A model generated the notes under the pieces. The model was not told where the DNA came from. It did no database searches and saw only the letters and a program-made list of their open reading frames with translations. The position numbers and the translations under genes were made by a program. A stretch of 64,000 bases of DNA from the human T2T-CHM13v2.0 reference genome, Homo sapiens: assembly GCF_009914755.1 (NCBI RefSeq), contig NC_060936.1. One strand, written 5' to 3'. Positions 15,727-30,054 of this stretch are shown here, piece after piece (within the stretch, counting starts at the first letter, position 1; each line of letters starts with the position of its first letter).

Positions 15727-16888
15727 GGGGCGCGTCCCTGCGGAGTCTCGGCCCGGCCCCGCCGCCTCCGCCGGAAGAAACCTCTCCGACTCGGGCAGCC
15801 CGCCTGGTTCCTCAGACCTGCCGCGGCGACCCCGCTCCTCCCCGGCTCGCCCGTGTCCTCAGGGCCCGGGACTGGACTCGGGGGCGGCGGCGCGGATCCC
15901 CGCCCCGGGCTCCTCGCCCACCGTCCGCAGCAGCCGAGCGCACTCGGGGGCGGGAACCGGCCGACTTGCGGCCACTGTGACTCTTAAAACAGCCTCATTT
16001 TAAAAAATGAAGTTTCTTAGGAGCGAAATGGTAAACCAGGGAGGGCAGAGCGCAGCGGGCAGCTCACCGAAGCCCAGCCCCGGGCGCGGTGCTCGCCACA
16101 CGGTGGGTCCGCGCTCTCCCCTCAGGACGCCCGGGCCGCGGCCCAGGGAACGGCAGAGCCGGGAGCGCAGCCGTCCCGGTCCCCACCTCAGGGAGTAGCT
16201 GGAAGAGGATCACGAACAGTTTAATCCGGATGATCTGGCACGACAGGGCTCTCCAATGGGAAGAGCCCCCGGTGGGGGAGCGCCTGGTGACATTCCTTAA
16301 AAACATGAGGTGTTTGTTAGGTTGAGCCAGGGTGGACTTGTTTGGCAAAATCTGAAGTCATGGAACTAAAGAGAGCACACCTAAAACTTAGTGATGTGTG
16401 ACCCATCCCTACTTGTCACCTTATAAGGCTGAGGAGACGGCGGTGCTCCCCTGGAGGAGAGAGGACAAGCTAAAATTAAGGCGGCCTAGATGACTCCAGA
16501 TGAAGCCGGGGAGGCCGAGCCCCTGACAGCTGCTCACCTCCTGGGGTCACGGCAGAACCCAACTGAACGGGCCAGGAAGGCCATCGTTCCCGACTCGCCT
16601 CCAGGTGCCCCTGACCATGACCACGCAGAGGAGGACCAAGGCGTACCACCATCACCTAGAACGCTTCAGCTCCTTCCCTCCACCAAGAGGTGCCCTAGGA
16701 TCCATCCAGAAAGATCTGCGGAGCCCACAGAGTCCCAACGGGAACTGTGCTCCTGGATGGACGCCCCTTAACCCATAACTCAAGGACTTCTCTATGCCTG
16801 GGACTTAAAATCACCAACAACCCGCTCCTGCAGCCAGCTAGCAGAAATAAACACACAAAGGCCACACGCCAGTTCACAGCCACAAGTA

Positions 16889-16894
16889 TTTATT
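16889..16894 (-). terminator. Distal candidate poly(A) signal AATAAA, inside an L2-like tail fragment
   Basis: caagtatttattgagtgcctgtagtgc resembles the L2 terminal motif; GT-rich sequence (tgtgtgttt) follows on the minus strand. Confidence 0.5.
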
Positions 16895-18033
16895 GAGTGC
16901 CTGTAGTGCAAGAAAGAGAGATGGTCCCTGCTCCCGCGGAGCTTACAGCTTCACGACTCCAGCATCTGGCTAGATTCAGAAACAACTGCAGCAAGCACTT
17001 GTCTACCCACCAGCAGCACTGTAAAAAGCACATTTCTCACATTATCGGTCACTGTTACAGTGAAATTGTTAGATGTAAAAATTATCCTTGAAATCTGTAG
17101 TCATAGAGATGACATGGTACATAATGTCCAGCAAATGCACATTTATGGCTTGATTCCTCACATATCTGAGGGGTCTATGGAAATAAAGTACAAATCAGGC
17201 AGAAAAGACTTAGTAACACAGTTCCTAAGAATACTGGGGTAGTAGTTTATTATCAAACTACCATAGAGCTCTTGGCAGGGCAGGAAATTATTTCCAGCAA
17301 AATTTGTGCAATATAGTGGATTTAATCAAACCTGCAACTGTCAACCATACATGGTCCCTCATGACAGGTAAATATAATCTACCTGTCTGAATGGTAAAAG
17401 GCTACAGGTGTGCATTTATTTTTTAAAGCTTCTTAAAGACTCATAGCACAAGTGGCACATTGAAATCTAGTGAAAACTTGAGATAATCTAAAAATTAAAG
17501 TGACAAAAGTGTCTAATTTTACTACATATGTAGGTGCAGAGTTCAGATTTCAAGTAGCGTCCAGCAAAGCACGTGGCTTTTCTGGGCGAGAAGGGGATAG
17601 CTTTTGGTTGGCTATCACAGACTCCACCTACATCTCCTAACACCCACTGGCAGGCACTTCCTGTGCATGGTTCTGCCCACAAGCTGTCACCTTTAGATGA
17701 AACATTTGAAGGGGCAATTATTTGGAGGATACTGGCAATAATTTTTAGAAAAACAACCTATATTTATACCAAATAACCCCCAAGTCACCAATTAAGACCA
17801 AAGTGCTTTCTGAACTTACACGTGACAGGTTATCAAATTTGTTAAATTTTTGGTGGCTAAAAAACCAAACACACCAGAGGGATGCTTAATTTAAACTCCA
17901 AAAAAGCTCATTTTTTTGCAAAGCGTGAAGAGAACATCTTAGACCACCTAACAAATGTCAGTCCAAGGCAGTTTTTAGGTCAACTGCTTCGGACATAATC
18001 TACTTTTTTATTTCAGAAAGTATGCTACCTCAA

Positions 18034-18338
18034 GGCTGGGCGCAGTGGCTCACGCCTGTAATCCCAACACTATGGGAGGCCAAGGCAGGCAGATCATTTG
18101 GGGTCAGAAGTTCAAGACCAGGATGGCCAACATGGTGAGAACCCCGTCTCTACCGAAAATACAAAAATTAACCAGGCGTGGTATGCACCTGTAATCCCAC
18201 CTACACGGGAGGCTGAGGCAGGAGAATAGCTTGAACCCAGGAGACAGGTTGCAGTGAGCCAGTATCACACCACTGCACTCCAGCCTGGGCAACAGAACTA
18301 GAGACTCCATCTCAAAAAAAAAAAAAAAAAAAAAAAAA
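18034..18338 (+). mobile_element. Alu (AluS) in the extended MPHOSPH9 3' region
   Basis: Full dimer flanked by ATGCTACCTCAA repeats. Confidence 0.9.
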
Positions 18339-19385
18339 GGATGCTACCTCAAAAACCTACTTAACTCAATGAATCTGAAATATAATATTTCTTGAGCACT
18401 TACTAAGCACCAGGCACTTTACAAAATCTCCCTTAATGAAAGGAGTTTTCTTATTTCATCTTATAGCTGAGAAAGGCAGGCCTGTGCCAGGATGTGACCC
18501 AGGTCTCTCTGGCTCCAAGTCTCTCCTTTCTTGTCCCCTGAGCCCAGCTCTGCACAACCCTAGCACGGCCACTTTAGCTACATCTGTTGCTTCAGTTGGA
18601 AAAGTCCTTCAGTTGCAAAGACCATTTCCATACCTCAGGAGTAGCTCCTGCAAACAGAGGCTTAGCAAGGGAAAGGAAGGGGGCAGATCCAGGCATCAGG
18701 GGAGAGTTCACTTTCTATTTGCATTTTAAAAGGCACTTCCCAGAGGTGGCAGATTTGCTTAGGGTTTTTTTTTTTTTTTTCTTTTTAAACTATTAATACC
18801 TGCAGCAAAGCCCCAAGCCAACAACAAAAATAGTTTATACCCGGGGATAATAGCTGCTATTTAGAATTGCCATCTTTCCTGCTTTTAGGTGGAGTGTTTT
18901 TTCAGTTGAGTGTTCATAAGATAAGCATTACCGAAGAGAAAGACAGCAGAAAGAACTTTCCTTGGTATCCCTCTTCACAGCTATGAAGAAAAAAGAATAC
19001 ATTTTTTAGAAATAAGTGACTGATAGCTCCAATCTATTACACACTTCAAATATCAAAGCATATGCTGAGAGAGAGGCGCAGAAGATGTTTTGATGGAGGT
19101 TAACGCCTTTTTTGGAATAAGCCAATATAGGCTACTAAGAAGATAATTCCTTGGCAAGATAAAACTATCATCTCTTCTGAAATGGCATTTTTTAATTCTT
19201 AAGAATGTAGTAGATTTTACAATAAAAGTAGGGAACAAGGAAATATCCTAACAATTTTCAAGTTAGTTTTTAATGTCATATCCAGGAACACATTAAAGGT
19301 GGTCTTACTAGGTCTTGACACAAGCTGTACTGGAGCTTGATTAAAATGAACATTTTCTTTACCAAGACTAGATTTTTTTTTTCTA

Positions 19386-19815
<430 letters not shown>

Positions 19816-20966
19816 TTATAAGTAATTTTGATTAGCCTGAAGTCTTCAAAAGTTGCAGAGTAGGGAGCAAAGGTTCAACTGCACTGTCAGACAGGCCACC
19901 CTCCTTGCTGAGAAGGGAGCAGGGCTGTGGACCCCTGGCCTGGGGACCAGCCAGGTGAAGGGTGCTCAAAGGTCATTTGAGAGCCTGCTTGGAATAACTG
20001 GGATGGCTTGGTTCATTCTAACTACTTATTATTAAGAGCCACATAAAGAGGAAAAGCTCAAAAGCAAACCAAAATTTAAAACCTGAGCATGTTTAGTACG
20101 AATCCATTTTGAAAGTTTGGATGAGTCTGTTTATCAACATGTACCGAGCTGGAATATGTGGGGCACTGCGTTCTGATTGGCTACCAAAAACTAAGTAGTT
20201 ACACAGCTCCAACTTAACCAGCAGTCCCAACACAAACCTGCCAATGCTCCTGGATCAGAGGAGAGACTCCTGCCCACGTGCTACTTCTGAGAGCCAGCGG
20301 CTACCACAGAGGCAGTGGGCTGGAGCCCTCTGCAAGGCCGAGGGGAAGGCACCAGGCTCCATCCGGACACACTCCCTGTCCATTAACAAATACAGTAGAT
20401 TGTGATGATCTAAAGTCTAGTGTTCTTACAGCACCTACAGTGGAAATATTTTCCTTTTGGCCAGGGTGAAGGAGTGGAAAGGGGTGAACATATCCAGATG
20501 ACAACTATGACGGACAGCTGAAGCCATGCACACTAAGAAAACCAGGCTGCCCTCTTAATCCCTCACGGGGTGGTGGCTTGTATTTCAAAGGGTTTATCTG
20601 TCCATTTATTGTCCAGGGTGGGACACAAGTTAATTCAGAACAATGGGCAGAGAGCTACTCTGAGAGCCCTCCAGAGAGGGCTCTCCAATTGTTTAACTTT
20701 TTTAGAAAAGATAAAATTAGAGAATTACAATCTCTCTTTTTTCTCTTACAGACAATAAAGTTTAAAGAAAATGAGTTATATTCATGTAGTTTTCAAAGCT
20801 TTCCAAGAGTCCATTATTACTATTCTGATATTCACTCTAAGACACGTTTCAAATACGAATTGCATTATCATTTTTTAAAAACCTCAACACAACTGAAATC
20901 CAAGGTACACTGTAATTGTTTATGTATTCAGCATGTACTAGTCTATCATTATGGAAGCTATTAAGC

Positions 20967-20972
20967 TTTATT
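20967..20972 (-). terminator. Proximal poly(A) signal AATAAA of MPHOSPH9
   Basis: TTTATT on the + strand ~385 nt after the stop, with a UGUA element (20994-20997) just upstream on the transcript. Confidence 0.7.
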
Positions 20973-21356
20973 TTTTAAAAACTGAATTGTATTTACAATG
21001 TAGAACAAGTCTATAAAATTGATGTGCAGTTAATTGTAAAAGGATAACACTATTTGTTTAGAAACAAGCTGCTTCCTCTGTTTATATTTCCTTATTCTTG
21101 ATATAAATTGGAGACAGATACTATTTAAAAATAATGCTTTTTAAATAGTAAAATATACAAGAGATTCCTGAGCATAACAAAAATATCTTGAAAATATGTG
21201 GCCATTTGAAGTATAAAATAGCAAGTGTAAGAATAGCATGATTGTAAAACTACTGTTTGAAGGCTTATAAACAGTACAAAATAGTTTGCCTTTTCTGACT
21301 GCATAATTATACATTAGTGCAAACAAAAATGTCTCAAAATTTAATGGCTACAAATC

Positions 21357-21458
21357 TCAAAGATTTGCAGAGGTGCGCAAAACATGGAATTTCTTTAGCG
21401 TCATGCGAACTGAACCCAGTTCTCGATTAATCCTTTCCAAACGATCTTCCAAGGCTTC
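21357..21458 (-). CDS. MPHOSPH9: MPHOSPH9 last coding exon (102 nt CDS): EALEDRLERINRELGSVRMTLKKFHVLRTSANL*
   Basis: Acceptor gttttcacctag|GAA; TGA stop at 21357-21359; C-terminus recognised as human MPHOSPH9. Confidence 0.94.
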   Translation of the reverse strand, partial: EALEDRLERINRELGSVRMTLKKFHVLRTSANL

Positions 21459-22000
21459 CTAGGTGAAAACAATGGGAAAAGTTTAATTAGAATTCTATAC
21501 CAAGTTCTATAATCACCACCAAACTGACCTTTCTTTTAGCAAAAGAGCAAGTATAAACACTAAAATTACAATTATTTTGCTTTCTACACGAAACATCTTA
21601 TGATTTCTTTTAAACTGGACAATATGAATTAGCTTTTCAACTATTCCAAATAACTGCTGTACTTTAAAATATTCTCAATATGTTTGACACATTGAGTATA
21701 TGGAAATTCTAGTAATAGCAATACAACCAACTGGAAGAGGATAATTCTTTGGCTCTGCTGAAGTGAGAACAGTACAAGAGGAGCCTAGGAGGTGCTTCAC
21801 ACATTTCACCAGAAGAAATGGACACATTTGATCAGTGCTGCATCCCACACATACATAGATCAAATAACTTTCTTCTCACCAAAATTTCTAAGTTAAAAAG
21901 GAAAAAAAAAAAACACTGAAGGATACTTTTCTTAAAAAAAAAAATAGATTTCACAATGAATTAACAATTGCTATTTTAAAATAAACAATATTACTGTTAA

Positions 22001-24880
<2,880 letters not shown>

Positions 24881-25330
24881 TACGGCTCACTTTTTGAACC
24901 TCTACAGCTATTCAGTTTCCAAAGTGTAACCATTTTATCTGCTTGCTAATGGAAAGGAGTTCAGAAATAAATTACAGATTTGAGGAGGGAGAAATCAAAC
25001 AAAAAGAGAGGCAATCTGTGAGCACTAACTTAGTGTAAAATCTGTTGAAAAGCATATTGCCATTTGCTCTCAAGTTAGTTTCTTGAAAATACAAGGGCAT
25101 GAACACCTTCTTCTCTAAGTCTAAAGGTAAAATCAATTTTTATTCCTGAAAGCTAGCTTGCAGTTATAAAATTGCTATAATCAAACACTTCCCGTAAAAG
25201 CTAAAAGTTTTGACTGCTGCTTCAGTGTGTCTAATTTTCACTGTGCCATGATTTTTTAAACCCCTCTTAGATAACTGGAACACTGACTGGCATCAAGCCT
25301 CTAAAGCAGATTCAAGCTAAGACATTTCAC

Positions 25331-25399
25331 CTGATTTAATCTTGTCTGTAAAGTGATTCGTCCTCCAGGAGAAGGCATCCTGCTTAGTGCTGCCTCAAT
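25331..25399 (-). CDS. MPHOSPH9: MPHOSPH9 penultimate coding exon (69 nt): IEAALSRMPSPGGRITLQTRLNQ
   Basis: Acceptor gtgtgttaacag|ATT and donor CAG|gtgaaa; phase 0-0. Confidence 0.93.
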
Positions 25400-25685
25400 C
25401 TGTTAACACACGAAAAAAATATGTTTAAATTACTGGCAGGGAGGTTTATCACACAGAATGGAAAGAAAAGGTTTTGGCTTAGTATTTCCTTGTCCATTTC
25501 ATCTCAACTTAATTTCCCTCTGTCAATTAGTAACGACCACATGGCTCAAATCCGTTGCTAGCACAGCTCTGGTATGTTATCCCATTGTAATTTCCTGAGA
25601 CAGGTTTGACTCAATAATTCCCTTCTCCTTAGACATAAGCATTAAGTTCAGAAAACAATTTTTAAAAATATTTGTTTGTTTTTAC

Positions 25686-25933
25686 CTGGTCCTTTTCTTT
25701 TGTAAGTTCATCAAAAAATCGTTCTGTTTCAGCTAGGGTCCGAATTTTTGCTGTATATTCAAAATCATTCCCCTGTGGAGTGACTGAAACCGGCTTACAC
25801 TGTTCGTAGCTAACTGATTTATTCTTCTCCCAGGCTGTTCTCACAGATACTTTCTTCACTCCATTTGGCACCGGTTCAGGGCAAGAGCTATGATTAACAT
25901 GGTTATCGGTGGCTTTCTCAGAATAAGTTTTTT
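25686..25933 (-). CDS. MPHOSPH9: MPHOSPH9 coding exon (248 nt): KTYSEKATDNHVNHSSCPEPVPNGVKKVSVRTAWEKNKSVSYEQCKPVSVTPQGNDFEYTAKIRTLAETERFFDELTKEKDQ
   Basis: Acceptor tttctctcctctctgacag|AA and donor CAG|gtaaaa; phase 1 to 0; matches ORF 25662..25991. Confidence 0.95.
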
Positions 25934-26664
25934 CTGTCAGAGAGGAGAGAAATTGCTTATATTTCTTATCAATTTTTCGTGTAGGTTGCATATATATTAA
26001 ATATGTTGCCCAATTTCACTTTCTGGATATAGCTGCTATGTGGCCCAAAAAAGTAATGAAAAGAGATACAATAATCAATCTTATTTACTCAGTGCTTTTT
26101 TCTCCAAAGAATTCTGAAAGCTTTGCCCTCTGTTTGACAATCTTTGCAACTTCCCTTAATGAACTTAAGCAAACTTCATGTAAACATAAATGAACTTTAA
26201 GTAAACTTAAAGCAAAAAAAAAAAAAAAAGCTTAAAAACTAAATAATACATCACATTTAGTGGACATACACCAACACTAAACAGTTAATGTTTTGAGGGC
26301 CTACCCAAGTGATTTCACATACATTGTCTTATAGCTTTATTCCAAATTTAGAATATAAATGAGAAAAAAAAAGTTACCCAAAGCCTAAGCTGCATATAGA
26401 GAATAAAAGTAAAGAGAATAACTGAGCAGTGTGGCCCTGGTAATTAAACATCAACATTCCCTGTACCTCAGTTTCCCAACTTTTCAATGAGGATAACAAC
26501 ATTGACATAACAACACGTAGCATCATGAGTGCTTAGTTTCAGACGCCCTTGAGTGGGAAAATATTTAAGTGCAAGATATTATAATATTTAGAACACTGAG
26601 AGATACCAGAATCTCAAAAAATGAATGATTAAAACCATAACTAATATTTTTTAGGAAAAGATAC

Positions 26665-26768
26665 CTTCCGAGTCATCTAGAGGAAGAAACTGGAGTTGCT
26701 TTCTTGGATTGGTACGTTGTAATGTAGACACAGGAACAGTATCTAAATCATCCAAAAGTATATCAAAT
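26665..26768 (-). CDS. MPHOSPH9: MPHOSPH9 coding exon (104 nt): FDILLDDLDTVPVSTLQRTNPRKQLQFLPLDDSE(E)
   Basis: Acceptor cttcattcaatag|A and donor AAG|gtatct; phase 2 to 1. Confidence 0.92.
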
Positions 26769-26974
26769 CTATTGAATGAAGCAAGTTACTTGTGAGAAAA
26801 AAAATGTTAACTGATTTTCCCTATCTCCACTACAAAGATGAGCTGGCATCCAGCTAACTCACATATTTATGTATTTTCTTAAAAGAAAGCTGGTTATGTA
26901 ATTGTCTAAAACTGAAATTTATTTCTATTTTCTAACAAAATTGTATTTACAAACTAAAGACTTAAAACACTTAC

Positions 26975-27130
26975 CCATACATTATCTCATTTGATATTTA
27001 TAAAAACCTTATGAAATAAGCAGGGTAGTTATTATTATCCCCGTTTTATAGAAGAGGAAACTGAGGTTCAATGTGCTTAACTCATCTCCGCAAGAGCCTG
27101 ACAGAGTTGGGTCTGGAACCAAGAAGCAAC
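26975..27130 (-). mobile_element. MIR fragment
   Basis: attattatccccgttttatagaagaggaaactgaggttca antisense MIR core. Confidence 0.7.
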
Positions 27131-27563
27131 ATCCCTCCCCGCTAATAGCACACACAGCTGCCCACACTTCGGAGGGGACAGATTCTCAGCAGCACAGGTA
27201 AACATGCATTTGGTGCCAGGGCCATACCAGTAAAGCCCACTTTCCTGTACAAATGGCCCAAAAGTTTTCCCGTATCATAAACCTTTTCAGGAAAACAAAG
27301 AACTATCATTCTACATACAAAAGCTGACAGGGGTGCTGAGGTGATAATTTAAAATCTAGTAGTAGCAAGTTTACATAGTTAAAAACTGTGTTCATTGTAC
27401 TGCAGTACTTTAGTTGTAGTATGACATTCACTTATGATTTAAATGAAATTCACAGAGTTCCCACTGGTAACTGAAAAATTAGTGATAGCTAGAGACATAA
27501 GTCAACATTTAGAAAAAAATCACTAATATAGTAAACTTTATTCTACAATTTTAGAGAACTTAC

Positions 27564-27684
27564 CGAATTGGACTGCTCTCATTTTTGCTAAGCAGATGAC
27601 TAAATCCTGGGGACAAGTTTTCTTTAGGGGATCGCTTTGGACTATAAGCCACAGTCACTGGTGTTAGCATAATCTCTCTTTTTG
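27564..27684 (-). CDS. MPHOSPH9: MPHOSPH9 coding exon (121 nt): KREIMLTPVTVAYSPKRSPKENLSPGFSHLLSKNESSPI(R)
   Basis: Acceptor ttttcttctatag|CA and donor TCG|gtaagt; phase 1 to 2. Confidence 0.93.
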
Positions 27685-28196
27685 CTATAGAAGAAAATGA
27701 AGAGGAAATATTCTTTTCCTTCTATATGTATCAGCATAACAGTTTCTTATTCAGTATTTTTTTTCTAATTTTGAAAGGAATATAATTTCAACGTAAAACT
27801 TTGAGAGAGAAATAAGAGTGTACAAAAAAATAAAATCACTCATAATCCTAACACCTAGAGGTAACCACTGTAACACTGTAGTATATCAGACAGTACTTTC
27901 AGCACTCTGACTCAAAACTGGTTTTTCAGGATTTTAGAAGTCGACTGGAAATAAGATGGAAACAGCAGTACACTACTGAACATTCCTATAACACAATAAT
28001 AAGAATCTCCTCAGCTGGTGTGAAAACGGAAATTCAGGACAGGAATTCAATGCTTCAACTTTAAAACCAACCTGTTATTGGCTAAAGAAAAATGGTGACT
28101 AATGCTAAGTACTTGAGATCAAATACATAAGAAGTATATTTGAGACTAGCTTGGATTAATTTGATTGAATTAATGTTTGGATAGCTGGCATTTTTA

Positions 28197-28273
28197 AGTA
28201 TTAGTTGCAAACAATTTAGTGGACACAATAAATTATTAGTATTAGTTGTAAACAATTTACTGGACACAATAAA
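28197..28273. repeat. 41-bp-period tandem duplication
   Basis: agtattagttgcaaacaatttagtggacacaataaa vs agtattagttgtaaacaatttactggacacaataaa (2 mismatches in 36 bp). Confidence 0.9.
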
Positions 28274-28499
28274 AAATCTCACTTTAATAAACAGATTTCT
28301 TCATTTACATTTGTAGTATCTATGTGATCAGACAATTTTATTTATGAACAAGATCTTATTTAGGGGTCCTCTGCTCAGAGTACTCTACTAGGTGCTGAGG
28401 ATACAAGAGAAACCAGAAACAGGCAAGCAGCGGGCACAAATAGATTTGACTCAGAGATCACGCTTTTGAACCCAAGAGATGTACACATCTAACTCTTAC

Positions 28500-28640
28500 T
28501 TGGAGTACTTGATTTACGATTTGAAGGTGGTAAAGATGATGATCTCTGTGAGGCCGAATTAAGTCTCTTTTGTCTCTGTTGGGCACACTTTTCTGGAGAA
28601 CGACTTGCATTAACTGAAGTTTCAGTTTGCCGAGGATTTA
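28500..28640 (-). CDS. MPHOSPH9: MPHOSPH9 coding exon (141 nt): NPRQTETSVNASRSPEKCAQQRQKRLNSASQRSSSLPPSNRKSSTP(T)
   Basis: Acceptor tttggtctgctgtag|TA and donor CAA|gtaaga; phase 1-1. Confidence 0.92.
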
Positions 28641-29252
28641 CTACAGCAGACCAAAAAAAAGCAAAACAAAAAACAAATCAAAACAAGCCTACGCTTCAGT
28701 TATCCACCTTTATTAACAGGTGGTTACACATGGTTACACACCAAGCCCCACAGCTTAGGTTCTGCTCAAAGCATTTATTCTCACCAGCTAGGTTATAGTG
28801 ACTATTTGCAAATGCACCACATTATAATGATAAAAAATGCTTGATGAAGAAAAATATGGGAGTTTATAATGAATTCATTCTGGCTCCCTGTTTACAATCG
28901 GCATTCAAGGTGATTTTCAAGAGGGTTATTTTTAGAAAGCAGGTTACTAATTTATTTACTAAGAGACACTGCTTGGGAGATGTAACCGCAAAGACGCTGG
29001 CAGGATGACTAAGGGGTCTGAGAAAGCAAGCATAGTGGAAAAGGAGAGAAATGTATTGGTGACCTGGACCTGTGAAAAAACACAGTATTAAAGACACTAC
29101 TTGCCTTATCTACAGATGCTCAGTAACCAAGAAAGAAGAGGAAATGTTATATCTCACTTCATGAATACCAAATGCCTATCACAGCCTTCTGATGTGTGCA
29201 AGTAAGATGGACTGACAGGAATTTTTCAAATATCCTTAGGAATGCCATGTAA

Positions 29253-29588
29253 GGCCAGGAGCAGTGGTTCACGCCTGTAATCACAACACTTTGTGTTTAC
29301 ACTTTGTGTTGTGTTGTGGAGGACAAGGCGGGTGGACCACTTGAAGCCAGGAGTTCGAGACCAACCTGGCCAACATGGTGAAACTCCGTCTCTGTTAAAA
29401 ATATTAAAATTAGCCGGGGGTGCTGGAGGGCACCTGTAATTCTAGGTACTTGAGAGGCTGAGGCAGGATGATAGCTTGAACCCTGGAGATGGAGTTTGCA
29501 GTGAGCTGAGATTACGCACTGCACTCCAGCCTGGGCAAAAGAGTGAGACTCTGTCTCACTGTCTCAAAAAAAAAAAAAAAAAAAAAAG
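29253..29588 (+). mobile_element. Alu (AluS) with a small internal duplication in the left arm
   Basis: Dimer containing acactttgtgtt twice. Confidence 0.85.
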
Positions 29589-29851
29589 AATGCCATGTAA
29601 GCCTTTTTCATAATCGGAATGTAAGATTCAACTGGCTTTGTACAAAAGGTACATGTTATGCCAGAACTGTGATAAATTATTAACTAGGACATTCAATTCT
29701 CTATGAAACGGGGCTGAAGTAGCAGTAAAATAGCAAGTTTACAGAGCTAAAACTTTTAATTTCATTACCTAAATATTTTAATTTTAACGAAGGTAATATA
29801 AATGGGGAAAAGATATCTATATCCATCTATCTCAAACAAGGAAATACTCAC

Positions 29852-30027
29852 TATTTGAGGTGTCCTCTTTCTCTGTCTGTGTCCCCCAATTTTTAAATAT
29901 TTTTCCCTCATCAAGTTCTTTTAAAGCTCTCATGATCGGCGTGTCTGAAGTCTCTCTTTGCTTTTTTATCAACAAGCTTGTTGATGAACTTCCAGGTGAA
30001 GAATCCTTTTCCAGAGGTGAACGGTGC
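29852..30027 (-). CDS. MPHOSPH9: MPHOSPH9 coding exon (176 nt): HRSPLEKDSSPGSSSTSLLIKKQRETSDTPIMRALKELDEGKIFKNWGTQTEKEDTSN(I)
   Basis: Acceptor ttattgtttaag|G and donor ATA|gtgagt; phase 2 to 1; open frame. Confidence 0.92.
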
Positions 30028-30054
30028 CTTAAACAATAATTTTAAGACATACAG

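Larger units (their letters stand above)
14600..16200. promoter_or_regulatory. PITPNM2: CpG island promoter, most likely of PITPNM2 (transcribed on the minus strand)
   Basis: Very high GC and CpG density, GC boxes (e.g. CCCCGCC near 15767, GGGGCGG near 15881 and 15946), GCG runs and a minus-strand splice-donor cluster. The gene name comes from recalled gene order next to the MPHOSPH9 3' end, not from coding sequence. Confidence 0.8.

Noticed and set aside
14368-16348. Long Arg/Pro/Gly/Ala-rich ORFs (up to 194 aa) on both strands
   Set aside because: Stop codons are scarce in very GC-rich DNA, most begin at non-ATG codons and none resembles a protein family; only the short AUG uORF was kept as a hypothesis
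16680-16696. CTCF-like motif CCACCAAGAGGTGCC between the genes
   Set aside because: Three mismatches at informative core positions; not supportable without ChIP data
25662-25685. ORF extension VKTNKYF* past the 248-nt exon as an alternative C-terminus
   Set aside because: Simple read-through into the 286-nt intron; a good donor and in-frame downstream exons explain the sequence
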